Source: Macrostomum lignano
Lineage: Eukaryota
Reading direction: 5' to 3'
DNA length: 64,000 nucleotides
Assembly: GCA_002269645.1 (NCBI GenBank)
Contig: NIVC01003399.1
Coordinates: 35,703 to 99,702 of the forward strand
The notes beneath the pieces are model-generated. The model was given only the letters and a program-made list of their open reading frames with translations, made no database searches and was not told the origin of the DNA. Made by a program: the position numbers and the translations under genes. Each line of letters begins with the position of its first letter. The stretch's first letter is position 1. Below, in pieces: positions 52,115 to 63,230 of the stretch.

Positions 52115-52456
52115 GAGCAGCCCCGAGTGTGCGTATAGCCGCGGTCAACGTCCACGTCTCTGTACAGCAGGACGGACTCGAGCACCGCCTGCCAAAGCCG
52201 AGACCTCTCTGGCGATCGGGCAGCACTTTGGACTGAAGAACAGCGCGAATCTACCAGCTAATAGACCGGTCAGGCAAGTCCTGAGATCTGTGCCGCCGGA
52301 TGTGTCATCCTCTACGTTGAGCAACAGTTGGAGCTACGTTGAGCCGTACGTGAACCGTCGGCAGCGTGCGAGCTTGGTCGTCTGCGCCAGCCCGCTGGGA
52401 TTATCGGCTGGTAGGATGGTCAGCACCCCTCGGCCCTCGGCCCTCAGCGGTGTTGA
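52115..52456 (-). mobile_element. Decayed fragment of the same RTE-like LINE family as 226-1125
   Basis: The - strand GTGCTGCCCGATCGCCAGAGAGG...GAGACGTGGACGTTGAC aligns with ~640-730 (LPDRQR...ETWTLT); GCTCGCACGCTGCCGACGGTTCAC aligns with ~513-536. Confidence 0.85.
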
Positions 52457-53198
52457 CAACATACATTAAGGAAAGCCACTCGATCGATCTCATAGTAATT
52501 AAGGCTGAAGCTCCTTTAATAGTTGCACAATATTCAGCTGTCACAACTTAAGAATTGTCGATAAAAAAAAAATTATTAGCCACTATTAGCACGGCCACTG
52601 CAGCCAAAAATTATACTGTTAACATATAGCGAACAGAAAAAAATAGCTACATTTGTAAATGCAATGTAAAAACTTTAAAAGCAAAATCTTGCAAACCCTA
52701 TGCAATCTCATATGAATCTAAGTGTGATGAATTAAATGGGTTGACATAAGAGATGTAAGTGTTGTAGGTTTGGATAAAAAAGAGTAAGCAGGCTAACATA
52801 AAGGGTAGCATGACTTTCGCATACCTTATCGTAATTTTAATAAGTCCTTCATCCTTCTGTGAGTTTTAAATAGCTGGAGATTTTCATACTTAATCCCAGA
52901 AAGTTTTAAAATAAAAAAAGACTGCTTTTGCAAACACTTTTGTTTATGTCGTATAGTTCTAGGAAAAATACTTTAAAAACTTTGCAAGATCAGCATATTG
53001 ATTATTGACGACTAATTTGTAAAATCTGATCCTCCAAGTCCCCTGACATTGTGCGTTGCGTTAATCAAGCCCTTTCGCTTTCTTTGTTACTGAAATGCTT
53101 GATTTCTAGATATTTAGCTTACTTGAAATACTGCACAATAATCCAACTACAGCCAAACAGACTACATAATCTTTCATACTGACGCTGACGCATAATAA

Positions 53199-53441
53199 AT
53201 GTCAATGATGACCAATCTTCCTGTTATCGGTTGCATATTTAATCACGAAGTTGTTTGTTCACTTTTCCTACCAACATTTGCCGTGATTGGCGTTTTGACT
53301 GTAATATTTTTATTTCTATTTCGTAAGCCAAAGCCACCACCTTATTTGTTTGATGATAGTGAATCGATTCCATTTATCAAGAAAAAGAAGCAACCAAAAT
53401 CCTCGGGCAGTAATGCTGAGACAAAGGAGACAAAGTCGAAG
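53199..53441 (+). CDS. MTDH: Metadherin/LYRIC-like protein exon 1 (N-terminal TM anchor); CDS join(53199..53441,54948..55043,55121..56278), ~498 aa
   Basis: ATG at 53199; TM segment LFLPTFAVIGVLTVIFLFLF followed by Lys-rich sequence; donor AAG|GTATAA, phase 0. The symbol rests on architecture and the C-terminal motif only. Confidence 0.55.
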
Positions 53442-54947
53442 GTATAAGTTTTTAAAATAACACTTGCTTGCAACTAAAATATTTTGATGAAGAAGCCGAT
53501 TTTTTTTGACTTTTTGTAAATAGGCCTAATATAGGCATTAGTAATAGCAAAGTAATAGCAACTAACATTGGCTTGTATTAATATTAATATTTATAAGTAG
53601 GCCCACGCCAATGGTTATCTCAATACAAATACCTGTACAGTATTGGTTAGGCCCCTAGTTATTATACTAGGCCTAAAGTACTCCTATTAGCCCCTTTTAA
53701 GAGAAATTTCATTTAGGAATATACAAAACTTTAATTTACTATCATAGGGCCTATCATAATCCCATATACTAAAAATGATTATATCTGTAAATATAGAGGT
53801 CTAATTTTTTTAGCATAGGGCCTAGCCATTCATAGGTACTTTGTATCAGTTTTATAATCCCAATAAATCATAAAAATGTAATTAAGTATAGAAATTTAGC
53901 ATAAAATGCTAATTATTATATATAATATTAAAATAAAACTTATTGTTATTGGTTATATTATTAATCACAAAGTTGTTTGTTCACTTTTCTTATCTATTAG
54001 TATTAATCATTTTCTATTTATAAGCAATTTAGCAAAAAATAAAACAATAGGATAATTTGTCTCATTTTTTGTAAAAATAATAGGCCTTAGGCATTAGGCT
54101 TTACTATAATATGATATATTAAAAACAAGTTTAAAATTTATTTTTTATATCTTATAAAAGGCCAAAGATACAATTTTACAAGGATTTTAATTATTTTTAT
54201 TATTAAACATTGGGTCTATGACTAAGCCTATTATTAATATATTGAATAATTAAATAAGCCTAGTTCTAGTTATCAAATGTTATAAATATTTTGTTCCTAA
54301 TCTAATCTTATTCTTAGTTCTAAATATTTTTTTATTTTTGTGGCTATGTATAATTTTTTTAATAATATGGTTTTATTAATTTTCTAAATCTAATATTGTT
54401 TTGCTTTTGTAGTAAGTTAAATTGAATAAGACTAATATATATAGAATAATGTAATATATATTATGATTTTAATAGTACATGTTACTTGATTGTCATTTGG
54501 TTATATTAGGCCTATTGCAACAATAATAATACTTTAATTTATTATTAATTTTAATAATTGAATATACATTAATAATATATTAATATTAACAATGCATCTA
54601 GATAGACTAGAAAGTTGCAAGTTAAGTGTTCAAGTTGATTATACTAGGTTTACACAATTAGGATTCTACTATCAATCAGTTGATTATATAACAATATATG
54701 TAATCAAGATGATAAAATAGATTCATAAAAGCAAATGCACAGCTATATATTTATGTGCTAAGAAAATGAAGACTTCCTATCTCTGTAGTGTATTTTCTCA
54801 AAAAACCTGCCTCCTAAAATTTGAGTCTAGTCTTTTTTGTCTTACATTTGTATAGATTGTGTTGTCAATGAGTGCTATAATTTTCTTTTTCAAAAAATCA
54901 AATAGCTTTAATAATTTTATACTGCTTCAAATATTCTTGTTTAACAG

Positions 54948-55043
54948 GCAAAGTTGGCCTCAGCTACACAGCAAGTGAAGACCAAAGGCCAACAGCAGCA
55001 GCAAGGACAGACTGCTTCAGCTACAGCTGCCTCTGTAACTGTG
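54948..55043 (+). CDS. MTDH: Metadherin-like protein exon 2 (alternative donor possible after 55034)
   Basis: Acceptor TTAACAG|GCA, donor GTG|GTAACT, both phase 0. Confidence 0.5.
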
Positions 55044-55120
55044 GTAACTAAATTTTTAAACTGTTTATTTCAATTTTTTAAAAGATTTTTTGGGTTCCAC
55101 AGCAATTTATTATTTTTTAG

Positions 55121-56278
55121 ACACCAACGCCTGAGACTGTGAAGGTCAGCGCATCTGTTGCTCGTCGAGCTCCACCAGCAGGCGCCGCTGCTGACGCTGC
55201 CGACGCTTGGTTCGAGGTGACCACCGGCGGCAAGAAGAAAGCGCTGAAGAAGGAGCCGCAGCACCTGACAAAGCAAGAGAAAACTAGGAGTTATAAAAAG
55301 GAAGAAAAATCAGAACAGAAAGTGGAACCTGGAGTGGAGTCTATGGCCAATAAAGAAGTGCCTAAGGCTAAAGAGGAAGAACCCAAAGCCAAGAAGGAAG
55401 AGTCAAAGGCTAAGAAGGAAGAGCTGAAAGCCAAGAAGGAAGAACCCAAAGCCAAGAAAGAAGAGCCTAAGGTTAAAGAGGAAGAGCCTAAGGCCAAGAA
55501 GGAAGAGCCTAAGGCCAAGAAGGAAGAGCCTAAGGCCAAGAAGGAAGAGCCTAAGGCCAAGAAGGAAGAGCCTAAGGCCAAGAAAGAAGAGCCTAAGGCC
55601 AAGGAAGAGCCTAAGGCCAATAAGGAAGAGCCTAAAGCCAAGAAGGAAGAGCCTAAGGCCAAGAAAGAAGAGCCTAAGGCCAAGAAGGAAGAGCCAAAGG
55701 CCAAGGAAGAGCCAAAGGTTAAGCAAGATGTATCCAAAGCCAAGACACAGTCGCCTAAGGCTGCTGACAGTAGCGCAAACGACTCCGGTCTGGGCACCAG
55801 CTTTGTCGAAGTGCCCCTATCGCCTTCAAAGCCTGCCGCGGCTGCCCAGTCCGCTTCTACGCCAAAGAAGTCAAAGAAATCGCGCAAGCAGCCTATAGAA
55901 GTAGACGGTTTTGTCCTCGCTGACTTCTCGCCACCGTCAAGCGCCAGCTCCGCGTCTCTGTCGCCGCCGGTGTCGCATCATTCCGATCCGCCTTCGACCA
56001 GTAGCGGCCCGGCCATTGCCTCCCTTGTTGAAGATGACGCAGAAGACATCGCTGGCAATGCGGCCTCCGGTGGAGGCAGTTCAAGCCAGACTTCCGGCTC
56101 GGCTAAGAAAAAGTTAAAAAAGCTTAACAAACAGCAGAAGCAGCAACAGCAGTCGGAAGGTCCCAAGCCTTCTGCTGCTGATCCGCCGCCCTTGCCTGCC
56201 ACTGAGGAGGCTGACGGCTCCTCCGCCTGGGTTGAAGCGCCCAGCTCCAAGAAGCGTCGAGCCAGACGCGAGAACTAA
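55121..56278 (+). CDS. MTDH: Metadherin-like protein exon 3 (KKEEPKA repeats, Ser-rich region, C-terminal motif)
   Basis: Acceptor TTTTTTAG|ACA, phase 0. AWFEVTTGGKKK and terminal SAWVEAPSSKKRRARREN resemble the metadherin W..P...KKKARRET end. Confidence 0.65.
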   Translation, partial: TPTPETVKVSASVARRAPPAGAAADAADAWFEVTTGGKKKALKKEPQHLTKQEKTRSYKKEEKSEQKVEPGVESMANKEVPKAKEEEPKAKKEESKAKKEELKAKKEEPKAKKEEPKVKEEEPKAKKEEPKAKKEEPKAKKEEPKAKKEEPKAKKEEPKAKEEPKANKEEPKAKKEEPKAKKEEPKAKKEEPKAKEEPKVKQDVSKAKTQSPKAADSSANDSGLGTSFVEVPLSPSKPAAAAQSASTPKKSKKSRKQPIEVDGFVLADFSPPSSASSASLSPPVSHHSDPPSTSSGPAIASLVEDDAEDIAGNAASGGGSSSQTSGSAKKKLKKLNKQQKQQQQSEGPKPSAADPPPLPATEEADGSSAWVEAPSSKKRRARREN

Positions 56279-56691
56279 CTAAATTAATTGTCTCCAAATT
56301 TTCAAAGCGTTTTTTTCTTCTATTCCTTTCACCCGGGTGTCGGTTCTTTATTAGTTTGTTGATGAATTAATCATTTCTGCTAGACCGTATTTCTGTTTGT
56401 TGACAATTGCTTTTTTATTTACTTTTCCTGGACTGGGCGTTTAATCAAAGCGCGTATATAACAAAACAATAATGATATACACCTGGATTGCTAGTCTGGA
56501 GACGAAACATTTAAATTGACCTTCAGTTCGCTTTCCGGAAAGGGCCTGTCAACCTACGCTCATAAAGTGGAGCTATGACCTATGTACACAAATGATACTT
56601 CAGTCCGCTCACAAAGAAGCTGGGTCTGGAAAAAAAGCGACGAAAATTGGACTTGGGATAGGGGAGAACAAACAAGGGGATAATTACATGT

Positions 56692-56971
56692 ATGAATAAT
56701 ATAACTGGATCGCCAGAAGCTCGATTTTTTTGGTCCTAGCCATAGACAAGCACCAGCATCACAAGAAGCTCAGAATGCCGTACTTTCACACATGACAAAT
56801 AGCCGCTGCAGAAGCTGCAAACCTTATAAGTATTCTATTTTATGTCCAAGCACATGCTCGCAATATATGCAGGGTGAAAGTACGGCATTCTGAGCTTCTT
56901 GTGATGCTGGTGCTTGTCTATGGCTGGGACCGAAGGAATCGAGCTTCTGGCGATCCAGTTATATTATTCAT
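56692..56971. mobile_element. Foldback/MITE-like element with ~98-bp inverted arms (56692-56789 / 56874-56971)
   Basis: Arms are reverse-complementary with about 4 mismatches; each carries CCATAGAC/GTCTATGG. Confidence 0.8.
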
Positions 56972-58723
56972 CCATGGATAATTAGGGATTCTACTTTATG
57001 AGCTTAAGTTGACAGGCCCTTTTGTCTATGGTCCAACTGAGCTCCTACCCAGATTACATTGGTTAAAGGAATTTATAACCCCCCATTTGTCCCGGTCAAA
57101 CAAGTGTATGGCCTTGTGTTGAAACATGTATTTGTCCGAAGAAACGATAGCTTACTTGGACCATAGACCATATAGACTATTTTGCAATTTCATCCAATTT
57201 CACAGCAAACGGTAGGGGAAGATTGTTCACTTTGGTTGGTTAAACATGTTCGTTCATCATAGACTCGCAATCTAGGTAGTATATAGCTGAGGCGTCTCGA
57301 CACTTATTAGCCTGTCTCAGCCATCAATATGAATATAATGGATTGCTAATTGGGCCCATTTGCTCTTTCTTAATCGCTTTACCATTCCGAAGTTATTTAT
57401 AGTTTCATACATGTATGCTCACAGGAAAAGGGAAGTTATACTGATAATCCATTATATTCCAAAGTATACTTCTACTATATTACTCGTTTGTTAATACGCT
57501 GATAATCTGGTGTCATTGGTACTGCGATTAAATGTTTTGTCGTTCGTTACTACATTGCAGGTGTGATATTATCAGATAAAAGGCAATAATTTCTCCTTTT
57601 TGAGTTTCCTGCAATAAAACTTTTTGTGTCGAATTGTTTCTAGCGCTCTTCCATTCCCTGACACTTGTTTTGATGATGGGCTGCACCGCGATTTACTTGT
57701 ACGATTTGTGTAGAGAGAATTATGAACATAATTATCATTATCGTATATGTTTGATTCGCACTACCCCTCCGTTTCCGTTGCTCAAATGGCTGTTTTAATC
57801 AAATTCGTTTTTCCCCATTCATCTCGAATTGTTTTCTCACTTATAGGTACAGAAGTTGCAATCAATTATATTGAAAAGTGCTATACAAGTCTTTAACTAC
57901 ATTTTGTCCTCGATCAGCCACTCGTGCCATTGATTTTTTGTCTCCCCCTCTGTTCCTGGTCCTCTCCTACCAGCTTGTTTCTCTTATATTATTTGAGTTT
58001 ATTCTTTGTTTTAACAGCCAACTCTCTATCTGATTCCTGTTTTTTTGTCTGATTTCTGCTCTTTTTTACTTCTTGCGTTAGACTGGTCCAGCTTTGCGAG
58101 CCCTGTTTCTCAATATTTAGTCACTTTGCGCTACTTGTTTTGCCGCTAACTTTGCAATGGTTTCATTGTCTCTCTCTGTCAGAATTGTTGCAATGTTCCT
58201 CAGTCTCATGATCATTTTTTTCTGTTTAATTTTGTGTTTTTGTGTTTGTTTTTGTTTTTTTTTCTTCTGGTTTTTTTCCAACCTGCGGCAAATGTGACTC
58301 CCCTCCCGTTTTTTTCGTTTGCTTTAACAAATTTCTCTGGTGAATATATAAATAAATACATGATGAGTTATTATTATCTACTTATAATGCTTTACTAGCT
58401 GGGCACAAATCACTATGAAAGTGTGCTTGCGAAGTAATCGTTACGACCTTCGAAGTTGTGTTTCTGTGGTTTCAACTGAAACTCGGATTGGCTTAGCGTC
58501 GGAACAAGACAAGCAACTAGAATTCACAACTACATTCACAATGGTAAGTAACTAACCTACAATTGCAACTTAGACCATACACAAAATGCTCATATTTGTG
58601 CTGCGATTAAAATCAAACTGAAAATCATTTATTATAGAAAGATTCCGCTGTTTGCGGGGATGCGGTCTATGTTGTATTGCTTAAACTATGCTTAACAGAC
58701 TCGTGAAGTTTATTCTCTCTGCA

Positions 58724-59437
58724 TGTTATAACCAAGGACGACTTAAGTAGAAGGACGGGAAACCTCGTTTCTTAGAAAATTTTTGAAGGCACTTTTTCCC
58801 GAAAAAATACACTGCGGAGATAGGAAATTTTCATTTTTTCAGCACAAAAATTGCTATAACTTTTGATAGGAGGCAGATCCAGTGTTGATCTTTTGATATG
58901 TTGTGCCTTTTTTATTGCTCTATCGATATTTATAAAGCTTTTCGTTCAGAAAATTAGGATTCTATGTTAATTTTTTATTCTACGTATATTTCCTGTATCT
59001 AAAAATCACAAAAATGCATGACACAGCTCTAATATTTGGTTTTATGAATCTATTTTATCATCTGTGTTACGACTATTTGCTATACAGTCAGGTAAGAAGG
59101 ATAAAATAGACTCATAAAATCAAAGAGCCAAGCCGTGGCATTCTAATGTATTTCAAGCACAAGACACATGAAAATATACGTAGAATAAAAAATTAACATA
59201 GAATCCTAATTTTCTGAACGGAAAGCTTTATAAATATCGATAGAGCAATAAAAAAAGGCACAACATATCAAAAGATCAACACTGGATCTGCCTCCTATCA
59301 AAAGTTATAGCAATTTTTGTGCTGAAAAAATGAAAATTTCCTATCTCCGCAGTGTATTTTTTCGGGAAAAAGTGCCTTCAAAAATTTTCTAGGAAACGAG
59401 GTTTCCCGTCCTACTTAAGTCGTCCTTGATTATAACA
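58724..59437. mobile_element. 714-bp foldback element with ~268-bp inverted arms and an inner inverted repeat
   Basis: 58724-58991 is near-perfectly reverse-complementary to 59171-59437; inner pair at ~59034-59059 / 59099-59125; decayed copy at 54741-54830. Confidence 0.88.
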
Positions 59438-59754
59438 CTATAGAGCAAGTATTCATATTTTACTCGTACACTATTGTCTATGGTTTTCGGCAGTAAGACT
59501 TTCTGCAAAAACCAAGGACAACTTGATAACTAGTTGATTTATCAAGTTGTCCTTGGCAAAAACTTAATTGCTAAACGATGAAAGCGGTCTTTCGCGTCCC
59601 TGGGATTTCCCTAGGGAATCCCGGAATTACACTGCGATTTCTATTGTCTGCCGGCTGTTTTAGATGGTTGCCGGAAAATTAACGGAAGCATTTGGCTATA
59701 GAAAAGAATCGAACATGACAACGACGAACAGCAACAAAAGCAACGGAGTAATTT

Positions 59755-60070
59755 TGTTCCTCCGGTAATGGTGTTCACCAGGCGATTGACGGACGGGGAT
59801 TCCAGGTGCCGTTGAATGGCCGCACGAAAACAGATGAGACTCGGCGCGTTAGTATGAATTCCATTCTGCTTTCGAAGAGACGAATAGAAAAGCCTCAAAT
59901 AATCGTTCAAGAATCAATTCGGTAAACGCTCAAACTCTTGGCTGAGTCCCTTCTCATCGAGGAACTGGCCGAACCTTGCCACGAGAAGTTTTCATTTGAA
60001 GTCTCTGTCGATTTCGGCACAGATTCATTCTCAATCCGGTCCAGCATTTGCAGATCTTCGCTAGTCAGCT
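59755..60070 (-). pseudogene. Decayed N-terminal fragment of a Crypton-type (tyrosine-recombinase transposon; ZMYM/KCTD1/QRICH1-related) gene
   Basis: LTSEDLQMLDRIENESVPKST, frameshift, KLLVARFGQFLDEKGLSQEFERLPN*FLNDYLRLFYSSLRKQNG...SLICFRAAIQRHLESPSVNRLVN matches my recollection of the region preceding the DUF3504 recombinase domain; catalytic domain absent. Confidence 0.7.
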
Positions 60071-60659
60071 AAGGTAGCACTTCGGTACTGGAAGACGCAT
60101 TCAAATTGTTAATCTCCAGAACAAAGCGATTGCTCGACTCTCGGGCGACAAAAGCCAACTCGTCTGTGGAGAGTCCACATTTCTCCGCCAGTAATGTATT
60201 CGTAGCGAATTATAGATCATTTTTCTTCGGGTATTTCGACAAATCCACTAGAGAATTAATTTATGACAGTTACGCTAGTCGTCTTCACTGTCCTTTCCGA
60301 TTATCATAAACGATTGACTGATTATCCTTACTGCTATTTCAAAGTGCCATAGACAACAGAAGAAAATTTGACTATAGAAATCCGGCAACAGTCAATTTCA
60401 TTCAAAAGGGTAACAATAACGGTATAGACGACAGATTCTTTCACGGCAGCAATTGCGTAAGCTGAAGCTGCGTAGCGAAAAAATCCGTATATATCGTTAC
60501 ATTGCTTATTTAATGTCTAGATACATTCAATCACAAAAATATTTACCGTATTATTCCTAGATTTCTCGGGCCGAAACATAAATGCAATCATCAGTATGAG
60601 GCCCGGAACATTTTGTCTATGGTCGAACTTAATGAATTAATTATCGAACTTAATGATAA

Positions 60660-61269
60660 CATATCGCTGGCCGAAATAGCCGAGTAGCCAGAGCTGATCA
60701 CTTAGGTGTGTCAGGACTCATTGAAACCCTAATAAAAATTTTCGACTAAAAGTTGACTAAAAGTCATCTTGTGCAAGCTTCGAATATGACTTTTAGTCAA
60801 TAATTTGTTACACGAATAATTGAACTCTGGTTCCGTTATTCTCCAGAATGACTCCGGTTGCCTGATGATGGAGGTCTATACATGATGTCTATACATGTTG
60901 ACGTTGAATTGATCTTGACGTCGACAGCCACAACAGGACCTTTGACGTCGCCGGTTGTAAAAAAGGCGAATCTGCCTGCTGTCACTCCATTCCCTAGTTC
61001 AGTGATAGTTTTTTTTTCGGCGGCATCCTTGATTAAATAAACATGCACATTTAACGCCGTTCTCTGACGAAATAATTTGATCAGATTTTTTCAGAGATCT
61101 GATAGAGTCTGCCACGGAAGCGGAAATGGTACATCACCAAAAAGAAAACCTTGTCTGAAAGGTCTGTGAATTTTTTCTCATTGTACATTCTGAGCTTGTA
61201 CATATCGCTGGCCGAAATAGCCGAGTAGCCAGAGCTTGATCACTTTAGGTGTGTCAGGACTTATTGAAA
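60660..61269. repeat. Pair of ~67-bp direct repeats (60660-60726 and 61201-61269)
   Basis: CATATCGCTGGCCGAAATAGCCGAGTAGCCAGAGCT...GGTGTGTCAGGACT occurs twice, differing by two 1-bp indels and one substitution. Confidence 0.9.
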
Positions 61270-61807
61270 GTTGGGATAAAAATTCATTTCTTGCCGTTCA
61301 AGTCCGATAATTTCTCCTTCTGCAATTCTTGACAAGTTTATCATGTTGATTTTTGAACGAATGAATTTTGAACAATAAAGCTTCTGAGTTTTCTACTCGT
61401 ACTTTACTACACTTTGTCATGTTAAAAATCATATTAAGTGAGATTTGTCTATGGTAGTTAGTGCGAGCTTCGTCCCACACCCTCACTGTAGCGGGCCGCG
61501 AAATGATAATTTGGCCTGACATTTTATCCCCCACTTGTCCCGGTCAAATAAGTGTATGGTCTAGTGTTGAAGCATTTATTTGTCCGGGACGAAGAAATAT
61601 TTATTTGTCCCGGCCGAAGAAACGATTGATGTGGAACTGACAACAACAACAAAAATGCCACAAAAAGCAACTATGGTTAACACTAACGCTAATAGACTGA
61701 TAGTCAATGACAGTAAAGCACTTTTGTCTTTCCCACTCCATAGTGATCACGACGGTGTTATCATTTCCAGAAACTTCGATTCGCATTTTCTTCGCAGGAG
61801 CAGTAGA

Positions 61808-61920
61808 AACCGTCGTAGACCCAGTTGTCGGAGCGCCTCCAGCATCAGGAACAATGGCAACCGTCGTAGTCCCAGTTGTCGGAGCGCCTCCAGCATCACG
61901 AGCAGTGGCAACCGTCGGAG
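61808..61920. repeat. 51-bp tandem repeat, ~2.2 copies
   Basis: CCGTCG starts recur at 61810, 61861 and 61912. Confidence 0.85.
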
Positions 61921-62194
61921 TCCTTGAGGTCGAAGCATCTGCAGCACCTACAGCAGAGCGGCTGATCAGAGCACTGCAGCTCATTTGCTTCTTCACTGAC
62001 ACTCAGCATCAAACAGCAGCTGACACAACAGCATCAAACTATCGCTATCGCATCAAACTCGGGACTGTTCCGTTTCGATCAGAACCATAGACTGTTGAGC
62101 TATAGTTCTTTTTTTCCACAAGACCGAGAGATTATATACTTATCAGTGGTAAATAGACAACAGGCCACATCACTTCATTTCGGCCCGCTGTTCT

Positions 62195-62687
62195 ATTGTA
62201 CCATGACCTTTGTGCCCGCTGGGCACTTATTCTTGCCTTTTAATGCCATAAACTACATTTAAGCCCACTTGCAGGAGTCACACTTACTTTAATGCAAATT
62301 AGCGGCCAGTTAATAGTACATTAATACCCATGCTTTAAGGGCGTTAATGGGAAAATCAGAGGGCGCCGTTAGGCGCCCGAGGATTTCTCATTAACGCCCG
62401 CAAAGCATGGGTATTACTATCATTGTGCCATAGACATTTGTGTCCTTGACAAAGTGGGACAAAATTAGCGGGCAGTTAATGATATTAACTGCCCGCTAAT
62501 TTGCATTAGAGTAAGTGTGACTCCTGCAAGCGGGCTTAAATGTAGTTTATGGCATTAAAAGGCAAGAATAAGTGCCCAGCGGGCACAAAGGTCATGGTAC
62601 AATGATAATACAATAATGTGCCCGCCGTTAGGCGCCCTCTGATTTTCCCATTAACGCCCTTAAAGCATGGGTATTAATGTACTATTA
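62195..62687. other. Interleaved double inverted-repeat structure (A-B-A'-B')
   Basis: A 62195-62314 / A' 62484-62603 (120 bp, 3 mismatches); B 62311-62367 / B' 62631-62687 (57 bp, perfect). Confidence 0.9.
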
Positions 62688-62865
62688 TATGTCTTAATTT
62701 TTTAATATTGGTGTATATTTCGCATAAAACATCAGCATTTAACGGTTAAACTTACAAATTTAGTCAATGTTCTATTTTCAGATTGTGCTACATCTCTCTT
62801 GGATTGCCAGTACCGCAGTCCGCGCGGGATTTTGACGATTGTTCAACAACTTTGTTCTGTTCTGC

Positions 62866-63230
<365 letters not shown>

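Noticed and set aside
58743-59418. piggyBac/Kolobok element bounded by TTAA
   Set aside because: The inverted repeat continues 19 bp beyond both TTAA sites, so TTAA is internal to the arms and is not a TSD.
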